64,000 nucleotides of DNA from a virus (taxonomy: Duplodnaviria; Heunggongvirae; Uroviricota; Caudoviricetes). Positions within the stretch are counted from its first letter, which is position 1; each line of letters starts with the position of its first letter. This document shows, in pieces, positions 1 through 9,846 of the stretch. The translations under genes were made by a program, and so were the position numbers. A model generated the notes under the pieces. That model saw only the letters and a program-made list of their open reading frames with translations. It was not told the origin of the DNA and did no database searches. The stretch is from IMG/VR virus record IMGVR_UViG_2877948078_000003; one strand, given 5' to 3'.

Positions 1-588
1 ATGAATACAGCTATAACTTTTTCTAACGAGTCACCAAAAGTCTTTTTCAAAGATGGTCGCTTGGTAACCACCTCTCAAGCTGTTGCCGACTACTTCGACA
101 AACAACATAAACACGTTTTAGCTAAGATTGACGCACTCGACTGCTCTCCTGAATTTACATCAGCCAACTTTTCGGCTGATGTTCAAACTGTCGAAATTGG
201 CAACTGCGCAGAACGTGAATCACGATGCTACCTGATCACAAAAGACGGCTTCATGTTCCTCGTGATGGGATTTACTGGCAAAAAAGCAGCCAGACTAAAA
301 GAAGCTTACATTGCAAAATTTAACGCAATGGAAGAAGTACTCCACAAACAACCACAAACAACCACAAACAACCACAAACAACCACCAACAGCACAAAACT
401 CCCCACCCCCAAATGATGGGTGCGCATTATTGATCCACTTCGATAAACACGGGCAGGTCGAATTCACGGAAAAAGTACCCGCCTATGCGATGGTATGCAC
501 TCTGGAACGGTTTAAATTTTATCTGGAGCAACACGGCTGGATCGTTGCCCGTAAAGAACAACTGGTAGAACGGTTGATGCGGTTGTAA
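1..588 (+). CDS. Rha-family phage regulatory protein (antirepressor-like)
   Basis: 195-aa ORF; N-terminal segment VTTSQAVADYFDKQHKHVLAKI fits the Rha-domain pattern as I remember it; C-terminal part unassigned. Confidence 0.6.
   Translation: MNTAITFSNESPKVFFKDGRLVTTSQAVADYFDKQHKHVLAKIDALDCSPEFTSANFSADVQTVEIGNCAERESRCYLITKDGFMFLVMGFTGKKAARLKEAYIAKFNAMEEVLHKQPQTTTNNHKQPPTAQNSPPPNDGCALLIHFDKHGQVEFTEKVPAYAMVCTLERFKFYLEQHGWIVARKEQLVERLMRL
342..391. repeat. 10-bp tandem repeat CCACAAACAA, four perfect copies plus one degenerate, inside the Rha-like CDS
   Basis: Read directly at 342-391; encodes the HKQPQTTTNNHKQPP linker. Confidence 0.9.
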
Positions 589-1367
589 TGATTGCAAAAC
601 CCCGGATGATCACCAGGGTTAATTTTATCGAGCGTGATTGCCGCTAATCGCCATCTCTCTGATTGAGCGTAAATCATCCTGGTTATGCTGTTCTTCCTTC
701 ATCTCACGCTGGCGTTGACAAACCTCGTCATTGCGATCGACCTGCGCCTGAACCATTGCAGTAAGCAGCTCATCCAGTTGTTGTCTTGGCAGATTGCAAA
801 ACATGTGATAACAATATGTTTACAAAAGAAAAGCATACTTTTGTGATGCTTTTTTATACCGTTTCATACATTTTTAACTGCCTGATTTTGTTAAAGTCTT
901 TTTTATTTTGCAGTGTCTTATCCCTTCCTTTATAGATCACTTCATCAAAAACAGAGAGGTCAATGTTGACGTAATTGTCACAGGCGCCAGCAATGATAGG
1001 CTCTCAATTTTAAGAGCCGTAGATAAAGAGCCAGCACGTACGTTCATTAAGGAAACGCTTCAAAATGTCTGGGAAAAAATACGGACTTCCGGAAATCTGA
1101 AAAATCATCCATATCAACAGGATGCACGAAAAATGAGAGTTCCGTCACTTCCGGAATTAACTTTTCCGTGGCACTATTTACCCGGCATAGTGTATATCTT
1201 CACAATAATGACATAATCAACGCAGTTCATGGGGGAAGTGATGGTCCCCCATCTTTTTGTCTGTTATTTCTCCCCCCTGTATGCCTGTATCTCATCTGCA
1301 CTGCTCAGCGTTTCCAGCCCCTTACCGTGCTACACTGGCGGTTCTCACCTGACTGCCGTCGTTCTCT

Positions 1368-3290
1368 TCACGATATACGCTGAAACAGCCCCACACAGTA
1401 AGGGTATATTGAACTGACCTGAAGTGGACTACAGACCCGCCATGTTCCTGGCAATGTATTACCGGTTAATGTGGCTGCTTTCTGAGAGCCCAGTTGAATG
1501 CTACATTCTCTCAGTTTACTTCCCGCAAGCACGGCACCTGCGGCATATTTTTCACTGTTACTTATACTGGCCTGAGCAAAGACAAATGCCCCAACAGCAT
1601 GCAAACCACCTGCCGGTGAGCCAGCTGGTCCCTGTGGGCCTGTTGCCCCCCGGGGACCGGGATCACCTTTATCCCCTTTAGCTCCCTGTGGCCCGGTTGC
1701 GCCGGTGGCACCTTTCTCACCCTTTGCCCCGGGAGCGCCAGTATCCCCTTTTGGTCCCTGTGGCCCGGTTGCGCCGGTGGCTCCTTTCTCACCCTTTGCC
1801 CCGGGAGCGCCAGTATCCCCCTTTGGTCCCTGAGGGCCGGGATCACCTTTATCCCCTTTTGCTCCCTGTGGCCCGGTTGCGCCGGTGGCTCCTTTCTCAC
1901 CTTTTGCCCCGGGAGCGCCAGTATCCCCCTTTGGTCCCTGAACGCCCCCCGGCCCAGCCGGACCTGCTGGCCCCGTGTCCCCTTTATCTCCTTTCGGACC
2001 GGGAACACCACCTCCTGCAGCAGCCTCTTCTGCCTTTGTTTTCGCTTCATTTGCCACATCCATTGCCGCCTTCACGGCCTTCGGCGTGGCTGCCTTTGTT
2101 TCGTCATTACTGTTAGTATCACTGCTTAACTGCACCACGCCTTTCTGCGTCGTGCTGGCATCCCGCTGGCTGACCGTATCCGGTTTGTTCTTTGTGCTGT
2201 AATCCACCCGCCAGTGGAAATACTGTGTGTCGCCGTAAACCGTACAGGTACAGACCGTGCCATTAATAAACCCCGTTGCACCGTATTCGCCAATGGTGAC
2301 CCGGACTATGGCTGCCTCATACTTCCCCATCACCTCAATGACACAGCCACCCAGATTAAGTTTTCCCGGTCCGACATCCGTGATGACCTTATTGAATCCC
2401 GCATGCAGTGATGCCTTCATCATCCAGTAAGGCTGGTCAAATGCCCCTTTGGCTTTCAGCCAGGCGACAAACTCGGTCGTGGTCCATTCACCGGCCCCCG
2501 TATGAATGTCCCGCCCGTATACTCTGGCTGCTCCCACAGTGTTCAGAAACTGCACCTTATCCGGGATATCGTCACCGTTTTTCGCTTTCTCCAGGCATCC
2601 GTCCGCTTTGCCCATTGCCGCTTTCACCGCTTTCGGGGTGGCTGCCTTCGTTTCATCATCACTGTCCGTTGCGCTGCTTAACTGCACAATTCCCTTCTGT
2701 GCCGTCGTCGCATCCGGTCCTCCCGGCTCGCCTTTTTCGCCCTTCTCTCCCCGTTCACCTTTCACACCCTGAAGCCCCTGCGGCCCCCTCTCACCACGCT
2801 CACCCTTTGGCCCCCGCTCGCCGGTATCGCCTTTTGGCCCGGGAATACCCTGTGGCCCCGTGTCTCCCTTATCCCCCTTCGGTCCCCTCGCATTCTCTGC
2901 CCGTTTCTTCGCTTCCTCTGCACTCGCCGCTGACGCTTCCGCACGTTTCAGGATTTCCGCGGCCACCGCTTCCAGCTCTGCAAGGGCTTTCGGGTAATAC
3001 TGTGCGTCCTCCAGGTCCATCAGAAATTTATTCAGCGTTCCCGGTGCAGAGTCCGCCTTCACCAGAATGTCACCCACATATGACGGCGCGTACCCTTCCG
3101 TGTTCAGCGTCACCCGGTACAGACCCGGCTCAACATCCATACTGTAACTGCCGGTTTCCCCCGGCTGACCATACGCCACCGTGGTGACAATCACCGTCTC
3201 CGTTGTGCGTCGCGCTTTCAGCTCTATCGTGCATCCCGGTACCGGCTTACCGGCCCCGTCCTTCAGCACACCAGAAATTTTAACCGTCAT
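1368..3290 (-). CDS. stf: Side tail fibre protein with collagen-like Gly-X-Y repeats, probably 3'-truncated or recombined
   Basis: N-terminus [16 protein letters not shown] and the [24 protein letters not shown] motif resemble lambda Stf; long [11 protein letters not shown] repeats; last ~70 aa look non-fibre-like and no tail fibre assembly gene follows. Confidence 0.7.
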   Translation of the reverse strand: MTVKISGVLKDGAGKPVPGCTIELKARRTTETVIVTTVAYGQPGETGSYSMDVEPGLYRVTLNTEGYAPSYVGDILVKADSAPGTLNKFLMDLEDAQYYPKALAELEAVAAEILKRAEASAASAEEAKKRAENARGPKGDKGDTGPQGIPGPKGDTGERGPKGERGERGPQGLQGVKGERGEKGEKGEPGGPDATTAQKGIVQLSSATDSDDETKAATPKAVKAAMGKADGCLEKAKNGDDIPDKVQFLNTVGAARVYGRDIHTGAGEWTTTEFVAWLKAKGAFDQPYWMMKASLHAGFNKVITDVGPGKLNLGGCVIEVMGKYEAAIVRVTIGEYGATGFINGTVCTCTVYGDTQYFHWRVDYSTKNKPDTVSQRDASTTQKGVVQLSSDTNSNDETKAATPKAVKAAMDVANEAKTKAEEAAAGGGVPGPKGDKGDTGPAGPAGPGGVQGPKGDTGAPGAKGEKGATGATGPQGAKGDKGDPGPQGPKGDTGAPGAKGEKGATGATGPQGPKGDTGAPGAKGEKGATGATGPQGAKGDKGDPGPRGATGPQGPAGSPAGGLHAVGAFVFAQASISNSEKYAAGAVLAGSKLRECSIQLGSQKAATLTGNTLPGTWRVCSPLQVSSIYPYCVGLFQRIS

Positions 3291-3302
3291 ACCTTTCCAC
3301 CA

Positions 3303-3336
3303 ATAAAAAAGCCCGCAGCAGTAATGCCACGGGCTT
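3303..3336 (-). terminator. Intrinsic terminator between lom and stf
   Basis: Minus-strand hairpin AGCCCG..CGGGCT followed by TTTTTTATTGG. Confidence 0.45.
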
Positions 3337-3440
3337 CAGGACAGTGTAACTTTACGTTTCCTCAGACGCAGTTCACCCCATAAGGTGGATGAACATGCTC
3401 ATTATACCAATATTTACAGAAGATAAAGCTGTATCTGCCG

Positions 3441-4064
3441 TCAGAAACGGTATCCAATCCCAACAATAAACGCATCCGTTCGCCAGTCACCATGACCGGC
3501 CACTTCGTACGCAAGATCAACCGCCACCGTATCCGCCAGATTAAACTGAAGTCCTGCCCCCCATGCCAGCGTCAGATGACGTGCAGAATGACCATCACTG
3601 GCAGTGGTGGTCACCCTGACATCCCCCGGTGTCACTTCATCACGCCGGTAATCCTGAACACTGTCAGACCAGCGGGTGTGCGCCATCCCGGCCATGCCAT
3701 AAAGGCTGAGCTGCTCACTGACCTGCCAGACCGGCCCCGCCATCAGGCTCACATAACGGCCACGCAGACTTTCATAATGAAATGCCTTATCCCCGGTCAT
3801 CGTGGTTCTGCTCTTTTTCGCAGAGGCGTAACTCAGCGAGGCTATGCCGCCCAGATGGTCCGTGAATTCATAACGGTATTTCACGTTGATCCCTTTTAAA
3901 TCACCTGTACGGGCACCGGTACCGGACAATACCGGCACGCCGCCCGGGTGAACCTGAGCATATCCCACGGAAAATGCACCGTGTCCGCCTGCAGCCTGTG
4001 CAGGAAAAGTCATTACTGCCGGCAGGGTGGTAAAAAATAAAATGGCTCCGTATAAATACCGCAT
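3441..4064 (-). CDS. lom: Lom outer membrane protein (Ail/Lom family)
   Basis: Strong similarity to lambda Lom over the whole length (NVKYRYEF, AWGAGLQFN, GDWRTD, FIVGIGYRF); signal peptide; start at internal ATG 4064 with AAGAGG SD. Confidence 0.9.
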   Translation of the reverse strand: MRYLYGAILFFTTLPAVMTFPAQAAGGHGAFSVGYAQVHPGGVPVLSGTGARTGDLKGINVKYRYEFTDHLGGIASLSYASAKKSRTTMTGDKAFHYESLRGRYVSLMAGPVWQVSEQLSLYGMAGMAHTRWSDSVQDYRRDEVTPGDVRVTTTASDGHSARHLTLAWGAGLQFNLADTVAVDLAYEVAGHGDWRTDAFIVGIGYRF

Positions 4065-4132
4065 GATTACCTCTTTGTTTTCAGTCAATAAAAAAGGCAC
4101 CACTTCGGGTGCCCGTCCGGGTTAATAAACCG

Positions 4133-7100
4133 TCAGCTGATACTGATACCTGATGCCCCCTTTTTCATCACAAGAACCTGTACATCACTGGCAAACGTAT
4201 CCGGCGGAATATTTCCCGAATGCCGTGTGGACGTGACAGTGAATGTCAGGGTTACGTGTCCACCTCCCGCACGCATATCCACAATTCGGGCGAAAACCTG
4301 AGGTGCATCATTCGCCACGCCGTCATAAATCACTGCACCGTTCATCAGCACCTTCAGATAACACATCGAATATGTTGTTCTGCCGCTGTCGGTACGCCTG
4401 CTTCCGCGAAATGTCAGCGGAAGTACCACTATCTGGCGGTCAAACGGGTGATCATCATACACAGTGAACGTGCGCGTTCCGGAAGGCCAGTTCACACTGC
4501 CCTCATTCTGACGCGGGAAAGCGCCACTCCCGCCCTTGATAAGATCCCCGATGATGTTTCCCGCTTTCAGTGTGCCATTTATCGTGCAGTTCTCCGCTAT
4601 CACGACATTATTCAGCGTGCCCGAGTTAGCACTGATATGTCCGCTGATATCCGCATTGCGGGCCGTCAGCCTGCCCTCCGGCGTCAGGGAGAACGTCGGG
4701 GGATTGCCGGATGACGTGATACTCACCGCAAACAGTCGCTTCAGGAACACGTCGTTCATGAACAGCTGATTCCCCTGTGCCACAAACAGCGGCGTGGTGT
4801 TGCCGTTCTCCGGGGTAATCATCGCGATACGGTCCGCCTGCAGCAGAATATTGCTCAGCGTCTGGCCATCAGCATCCTCAATCCCCGCACCAATACCGGC
4901 AACATACGGAATGCCGTTTTTCGTTTTCTGCACCTTCAGCATGTACAGCGCTGCCAGCTCATCATTCGTGTCTGACTGGACCTGCTGTATCTGCTGTATG
5001 GTGGCGCTCTGGTCTTCCAGCTTTTTATCCGTGGTCGAGGTGATTTCACTCCCTTTGTCATCCACGTACTGGCGGACCTGCGCTATCTGCCTGGCATTTT
5101 CCTCCGTGCTCTGGCTGACTGTCTGTGTGATTTCACTGCTCACCCGGTCCACCTGCTGACTCACCTGCGCGATGGCCAGCGTCTGGTCCTCATTCTTTTT
5201 CGCAACCAGCTGCGTGAGGCTGTTTTCTGCCTCCCCGATTTTTCGGGTCACTTCCGCAACATCCGTCTCCAGCCGCTGGCGGATGTCTTCTTCCAGTTGC
5301 GTGACCTCAGTACGCAGGGCTGACGCATCAATACGCTCTTTCAGTGCCTTCCCCAGCAGCGCCTCATCTATCAGCCCACGGAAAATTTCCAGATACCCTT
5401 CACCATCATTGCTGGCCTGCCCGCTGGCCTCCACAAACGCAGATTTCCCCACCAGGTTGACGCTGCGCACATAAAACCAGAAATCCGTCCCCGGCCTGAT
5501 GTGCGGGCCGGAGACGCTCCACTGGCTGCCGGTACCCAGATAACGGGCTGAGGTTTCCACCTGTGCCGTGTCCGTGATGCGTTTTTCTGAGAACCAGAAT
5601 TCATACTGTACCGTCGGGTCATACACCGCAGGATGCGGGACCACCGTTATCTGAAAATAGCCCGGCGTCAGTTCAATGCTGGCCGGTGCCGCCGGTGCAT
5701 TAATCCGGAATGTGGTGGTGGCAGGTTCGCCCTGCTGGCCGTAGCTGTTTATCGCCCTGACCGTCAGGGTGTATTCCCCGAGCGGCAGGCCACTGAAACG
5801 GTGCTCCGTGTCCGCCGTGATGGCGCTGGTCACCAGGCGGCTGTTCTCACCACTGCCACTGGTCAGGCGCAGACTGAAGCGCACGCCCTTCACCACCCGC
5901 GGCGTGTCCCATTTCGCCAGCGCCAGATACTGGCCGTCTGAGGCGCTCACCTCCACCGTGAGGTGCTGCACCGCCGGCGGGATGACGCTGTTCAGTGAAC
6001 CGGAGAGCGGCTCAAAGGTGGCCCCGTTATCCACGATGGCTTCTTTTTCCGGTACGTGCTGCACTGCCGTGATGGCAAAGGTGCCGTCCGTGTTTTCCCG
6101 GATGGAAACACAGCGGAACAGGCGACGACGCAGTGACGGCAGGGAGAGTCCCCACACACCGTATGTCGCCACGCCATCCGGCAGGGCGCTGACCTGTATC
6201 CGGTCCGGGGCCAGTTGTGCAGTGATGTCCACGCGCACCGGCTTACCGCTGCCGTTAATCAGGTTCACCGTCGATGTCCCTGTCTCCGGCATGGTCACCT
6301 CACGGTCCAGCGTCAGTGTGCGGCTGGCGGCATCAATGGACAGGATGCGTCCGCCGGTCAGGGTCCCGGCGTAGTCGTTATCACAGATTTCAATGATGTC
6401 ACCGGGCGTATGCCGCAGCCCCTGTGACCCGAGCGTGAAATCCACCGTCTGCGTTTCCAGCAGTTCTGTCTTTATCACCCACAGTCCGGCACGGTGGGCC
6501 TGACCGCGGCTGGTACAGCCAAACGCGTCCATCTTCAGCAGGTTGCGCCCGTAGCGCAGGATGGCGTCCGGGTCTTCCACCAGTTCCGTGGAAGTCTGCC
6601 AGCCGTTCTGCGGGTCGGTGTAATTCACCTCCACCGCCGTGTGCCGGTCCTTCAGGGCACTGAAGCTGTAGCGGAACCCCACGCCGTTATCATCCACCAC
6701 CACATCGCTGTTGGTGTACGGCCACACCACATCCGACGGGCGGTCCTGAACGAACGTCAGCGTCTGGCCGTTCCATACCGGCATACAGCGCATCGCCGAG
6801 CAGAAATCCCCCAGGACATCCCAGACCTTACGCTGCTGTGACAGGTACGCATTGAAAGTCATCCGCGGCTCTGTGCCCCCGAAACCATCCGGGACCGTCT
6901 GGTCACAGTACTGCCCGATGGCATACAGTGCCCACTTGTCCACATCCGCCGCCCCCAGGCGTTTTCCCATCCCGTAGCGCGGGTGGGTCAGCATGTCCCA
7001 CAGGCACCAGGCCGGGTTATTGCTGTATGCCGGTTTCAGACTCCCGTCCCAGATACCGCTGTAGGTGCGTTTTTCCGGGTCATAGTTTGACGGCACCTGA

Positions 7101-7828
7101 ATGATGCGGCCGCGGATATGGTAGTTCACCACCATCTGCTGGCCACCGAACTGCTCCGCATCCACCTGCAGCCCCACAATGGCCGTGTTCGGGTAGCACT
7201 GTTTCACATCGATGATTTCGGTGTATGACGACCACAGCGTTCTGTTCTGCAGCTGGTCCGTGGTACTGTCCGCCGTCACCCTGACCACCCGGATGTTAAA
7301 GGGGCGCTCAGGGAGATTATTCAGAATCACCGACGTCAGGTACTGCGAGGTGGTCTTGCCGTTAATGGTGACATCCTTCTCCGTCACCCAGTTACCGTTA
7401 CGCTCAAGCTGAATCAGCAGGCGGACAGAAGAGGGATTACGGTCACCCTTTGAGGTGGTCTCCACCAGTGACTGCACCCCGAAGGTGACCCGCAGACGGT
7501 CAATGTTCGCTGACGTGATGGTGCGCGTCACCGGCTTTGCCTTCGTCACCTCCACACCCAGTGCGGTTTCCGCCCCGGAGGACTCAAAGCCTTCCGGCGG
7601 TGTCTGCTCCTGCTCCCCGGCACGCCAGACGGCGGTCACACCGTGTATCACGGGATTACCGTCCGTGTCCGTCAGCGGGGTTTTGTTCACCAGAATACTC
7701 TGCAGTCCCTTCACCGGGCCTTCCACCGGTCCCTCACCGATGGCATCAATCACGCTCATCATCTGCGTGGATTTGAGATTGTCCTTCGCCTCACGCGGTG
7801 TGTGCCCCTTGCCGCCCCCTTTACCCAC
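4133..7828 (-). CDS. J: Host specificity protein J (central tail fibre)
   Basis: Near-colinear with lambda gpJ from [20 protein letters not shown] to the C-terminus; start reassigned to GTG 7828 behind a GGAGAGGGGG SD; the track start at 7879 is a TTG extension. Confidence 0.95.
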   Translation of the reverse strand: MGKGGGKGHTPREAKDNLKSTQMMSVIDAIGEGPVEGPVKGLQSILVNKTPLTDTDGNPVIHGVTAVWRAGEQEQTPPEGFESSGAETALGVEVTKAKPVTRTITSANIDRLRVTFGVQSLVETTSKGDRNPSSVRLLIQLERNGNWVTEKDVTINGKTTSQYLTSVILNNLPERPFNIRVVRVTADSTTDQLQNRTLWSSYTEIIDVKQCYPNTAIVGLQVDAEQFGGQQMVVNYHIRGRIIQVPSNYDPEKRTYSGIWDGSLKPAYSNNPAWCLWDMLTHPRYGMGKRLGAADVDKWALYAIGQYCDQTVPDGFGGTEPRMTFNAYLSQQRKVWDVLGDFCSAMRCMPVWNGQTLTFVQDRPSDVVWPYTNSDVVVDDNGVGFRYSFSALKDRHTAVEVNYTDPQNGWQTSTELVEDPDAILRYGRNLLKMDAFGCTSRGQAHRAGLWVIKTELLETQTVDFTLGSQGLRHTPGDIIEICDNDYAGTLTGGRILSIDAASRTLTLDREVTMPETGTSTVNLINGSGKPVRVDITAQLAPDRIQVSALPDGVATYGVWGLSLPSLRRRLFRCVSIRENTDGTFAITAVQHVPEKEAIVDNGATFEPLSGSLNSVIPPAVQHLTVEVSASDGQYLALAKWDTPRVVKGVRFSLRLTSGSGENSRLVTSAITADTEHRFSGLPLGEYTLTVRAINSYGQQGEPATTTFRINAPAAPASIELTPGYFQITVVPHPAVYDPTVQYEFWFSEKRITDTAQVETSARYLGTGSQWSVSGPHIRPGTDFWFYVRSVNLVGKSAFVEASGQASNDGEGYLEIFRGLIDEALLGKALKERIDASALRTEVTQLEEDIRQRLETDVAEVTRKIGEAENSLTQLVAKKNEDQTLAIAQVSQQVDRVSSEITQTVSQSTEENARQIAQVRQYVDDKGSEITSTTDKKLEDQSATIQQIQQVQSDTNDELAALYMLKVQKTKNGIPYVAGIGAGIEDADGQTLSNILLQADRIAMITPENGNTTPLFVAQGNQLFMNDVFLKRLFAVSITSSGNPPTFSLTPEGRLTARNADISGHISANSGTLNNVVIAENCTINGTLKAGNIIGDLIKGGSGAFPRQNEGSVNWPSGTRTFTVYDDHPFDRQIVVLPLTFRGSRRTDSGRTTYSMCYLKVLMNGAVIYDGVANDAPQVFARIVDMRAGGGHVTLTFTVTSTRHSGNIPPDTFASDVQVLVMKKGASGISIS

Positions 7829-7870
7829 TCTGTCCCCCTCTCCTGTCTGATGTCTGAATCTGTTTATGCC

Positions 7871-7900
7871 CAAAAACAACAGGCACCCCGGAGGGTGCCT
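7871..7900 (-). terminator. Terminator-like hairpin just upstream of J on the coding strand
   Basis: Perfect 8-bp stem AGGCACCC/GGGTGCCT with 4-nt loop, followed on the minus strand by GTTGTTTTTGGG. Confidence 0.4.
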
Positions 7901-8031
7901 GTGTCATGACGGAATAAAATTTCTGAAATTCTTCACATTTCCGGCAATTGCCTGTAGCCGTAATAATGACGCTGCGTTACATTTTTGATGCCTGAAAAAT
8001 AACTCCATAACGTTAATCTTCATCGTTCTCT

Positions 8032-8065
8032 CCCGCAGCTCCGCTGATTCTGCGGGATTTTTTTA
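8032..8065 (+). terminator. Plus-strand intrinsic terminator hairpin, repeat unit 1
   Basis: CCCGCAG-CTCCGCTGATT-CTGCGGG followed by ATTTTTTT. Confidence 0.45.
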
Positions 8066-8273
8066 TCCCTTAAACCCGGCACGATGTTATCTGTCTTCTT
8101 CCACAGATACCCGCCTGGCTTCCGCTCCCCCGCTACCGGATAAAAAGTCTGAATTTATTCACATTTCTGCAAATTACCTGTAGCCACAATAATGACGCTG
8201 CGTTACATTTTTTGCGGGTAAATAAAAATAAAACGCCAACAGGTTAGTCAACATCGTTCTCTTCCCGCAGCAC

Positions 8274-8305
8274 GGAGTACTGCGGGATTTTTTTATCCCC
8301 TGAAC
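8274..8305 (+). terminator. Plus-strand intrinsic terminator hairpin, repeat unit 2
   Basis: CCCGCAG-CACGGAGTA-CTGCGGG followed by ATTTTTTT. Confidence 0.45.
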
Positions 8306-8482
8306 CCGGCATGATGCCTTCTGTCCTCTGCCACCGATATCCGGCCCCTCCCTTCCCGTGAATAAAAATTCTGAGTTTATTCACATTTCCGCACACTGAC
8401 TGTAGTGCTCATAATCACGCTGCGTTACAGTTCATCTGCCAGAATAATGAAAAATTCCTTAAAGTTAATCTTCGTATCTCTT

Positions 8483-8515
8483 CCCGCAGGCGCCGAACAC
8501 TGCGGGATTTTTTTT
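8483..8515 (+). terminator. Plus-strand intrinsic terminator hairpin, repeat unit 3, abutting the I stop codon
   Basis: CCCGCAG-GCGCCGAACA-CTGCGGG followed by T8; the I stop (TGA, minus) overlaps the last T. Confidence 0.45.
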
Positions 8516-9195
8516 CATCCCCGCCCGATAACCACCACTTTCCCGTCACCGCCCTCATCACGGGTGCTGATGTCCTGGGATATCCGTCGTGAACCAACCA
8601 GCATTTCACCGTAAGGCACCGGCATCGGATTCCCCTGAGCAATCATGTTGTCCAGTGACGAAAAATACGTGTTCTGTTTACCGTTATCCGTACTTTTGTA
8701 TTCCGGCGTCTTTGCCTTCGGGGCCAGCATCTGGGCCACACCACCCAGTATCATGCTGGCACCCAGTGAGAACAGCATCGTGGTGGCAGTCAGCCCTCCG
8801 GCACTCAGGGCTGCGCCCCACAACGCCATCGTTGCACCGGCGGTGAAGAAAGAGCCCACGATGGCTGCAGCCCCCAGCACCACCTGAAAAACACCATTTC
8901 CCCCGGCCCCTGCCAGCCTCGGTACAATATGAATCACGGCCCTCCCGCTCAGCGGTTCATGAAGACGGGCATACACCGCCTCCGGCGCGGTATCCTCACC
9001 GGCAATACGTATCTGATACCAGCCTTCGTTCATCTGACAGCGGAATCCCGGCACCTGCAGCGACAGGGCACGGATGGCCTCCGCTGCCGTGTTCACATAC
9101 AGACTGATGCGGCGACCAAATCGTTGTAAATCCCCGTGAAGGCAGATGCGGACCAGTGGCGGTGACGCCAGACAGAATGCGTTCGTCGTTGCCAT
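8515..9195 (-). CDS. I: Tail assembly protein I
   Basis: Similar to lambda gpI (ICLHGDLQRFGRRI, NGKQNTYFSSLDNM). Confidence 0.9.
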   Translation of the reverse strand: MATTNAFCLASPPLVRICLHGDLQRFGRRISLYVNTAAEAIRALSLQVPGFRCQMNEGWYQIRIAGEDTAPEAVYARLHEPLSGRAVIHIVPRLAGAGGNGVFQVVLGAAAIVGSFFTAGATMALWGAALSAGGLTATTMLFSLGASMILGGVAQMLAPKAKTPEYKSTDNGKQNTYFSSLDNMIAQGNPMPVPYGEMLVGSRRISQDISTRDEGGDGKVVVIGRG

Positions 9196-9836
9196 TTTTC
9201 AGAATACCTCTCCCGTTTACTCAGTTGTTCAGGTATATGGTGAAGCAGGTCACCGTTGCCACAGTAAATGGCGGCATGATTCGGCACCGATGCGCCAAAG
9301 CAGCACAGCAGGATATCGCCTGCCTGTGCAGAGGACAGGGACACCCGGCAAAAGCCAGTGGCCTCCATATTGTCCAGGTACAGGTTCTGGCCGTTGCGCC
9401 ACCAGTCATCCTCGCGGTGAAAATCCGGCATCTCAATCCCCGCCAGATGGTATGCATCCCGGAACAGGGTGTAACAGTCCGTCACACCGTGTTCAAAGCG
9501 CCGTCCGGTCAGGTGCGGCACACAGCGGAACCGGTGAATTTCACCCCGGCAGACCAGCCACCAGGGCAGGGCACTCTTTATCTGCAGCCGCCGGTCCGCC
9601 TCGCTCAGCCAGGGCAGACCAGCGGGATGACTGTGGACCAGCGCCACAATCTCCCCCTGTATCTGTGCCTGCAGCCAGTCTTCCGGCGCAATACGAAAAT
9701 ACGCCTCCGGCTCTGCGGAGATATTCACGCAGGACTGGTACCGTTCGCCCTCCGGGGTGCTTATCACGAAGCCGCACGACTCCGCAGGCGCACACCGCCG
9801 GGCATGCGCCAGAATCACTGATTCAGTCTGTGTCAT
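9093..9836 (-). CDS. K: Tail assembly protein K
   Basis: MTQTESVILAHARRCAPAESCGF onward matches lambda gpK; start moved to ATG 9836; overlaps I as in lambda. Confidence 0.9.
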   Translation of the reverse strand: MTQTESVILAHARRCAPAESCGFVISTPEGERYQSCVNISAEPEAYFRIAPEDWLQAQIQGEIVALVHSHPAGLPWLSEADRRLQIKSALPWWLVCRGEIHRFRCVPHLTGRRFEHGVTDCYTLFRDAYHLAGIEMPDFHREDDWWRNGQNLYLDNMEATGFCRVSLSSAQAGDILLCCFGASVPNHAAIYCGNGDLLHHIPEQLSKRERYSEKWQRRTHSVWRHRHWSASAFTGIYNDLVAASVCM

Positions 9837-9846
9837 AAAACGGGAT

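Larger units (their letters stand above)
7921..8515. repeat. Three tandem degenerate ~220-bp repeat units filling the I-J intergenic region
   Basis: Conserved blocks TTCTGAA.TT.TTCACATTTC, CTGTAG..ATAAT.ACGCTGCGTTACA and a CCCGCAG-loop-CTGCGGG-T7/8 hairpin recur at ~7921, ~8149 and ~8369; downstream part of units 1 and 2 resembles the antisense 3' end of gene I. Confidence 0.85.

Noticed and set aside
342-391. CA-rich repeat in the Rha-like gene as a mimic of a GcvB-type sRNA target
   Set aside because: Pure speculation from base composition; the repeat is inside a coding region and nothing in the sequence supports an RNA role.
908-1216. ORF 908-1216 (+), 102 aa
   Set aside because: Begins at TTG with no SD; the first in-frame ATG is near the 3' end; AT-rich region with no similarity I recognise.
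1562-3187. ORFs 1562-2059 (-), 1688-2116 (+), 2408-3187 (+) and others inside the tail fibre gene
   Set aside because: Alternate-frame and antisense readings of GC-rich collagen-like triplet repeats (Pro/Arg/Leu-rich, low complexity); no SD and no independent support.
7829-7879. N-terminal extensions of ORF-track starts (J at 7879, K at 10097, A at 23567, Nu1 at 24093, lom at 4103, c at 29362, FI at 16820, S at 27767)
   Set aside because: The track uses the longest ORF including TTG/GTG starts; internal starts with SD sequences and agreement with lambda, phage 21 and Mu N-termini were preferred.
7921-8515. Repeat array between I and J as a CRISPR array
   Set aside because: Units are ~220 bp and degenerate, with no short direct-repeat and spacer periodicity and no cas genes nearby.
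9146-9838. Plus-strand ORFs 9146-9838 and 9156-9821 overlapping K and L
   Set aside because: Antisense to conserved tail genes; Arg/Pro-rich composition typical of spurious frames in GC-rich coding DNA.
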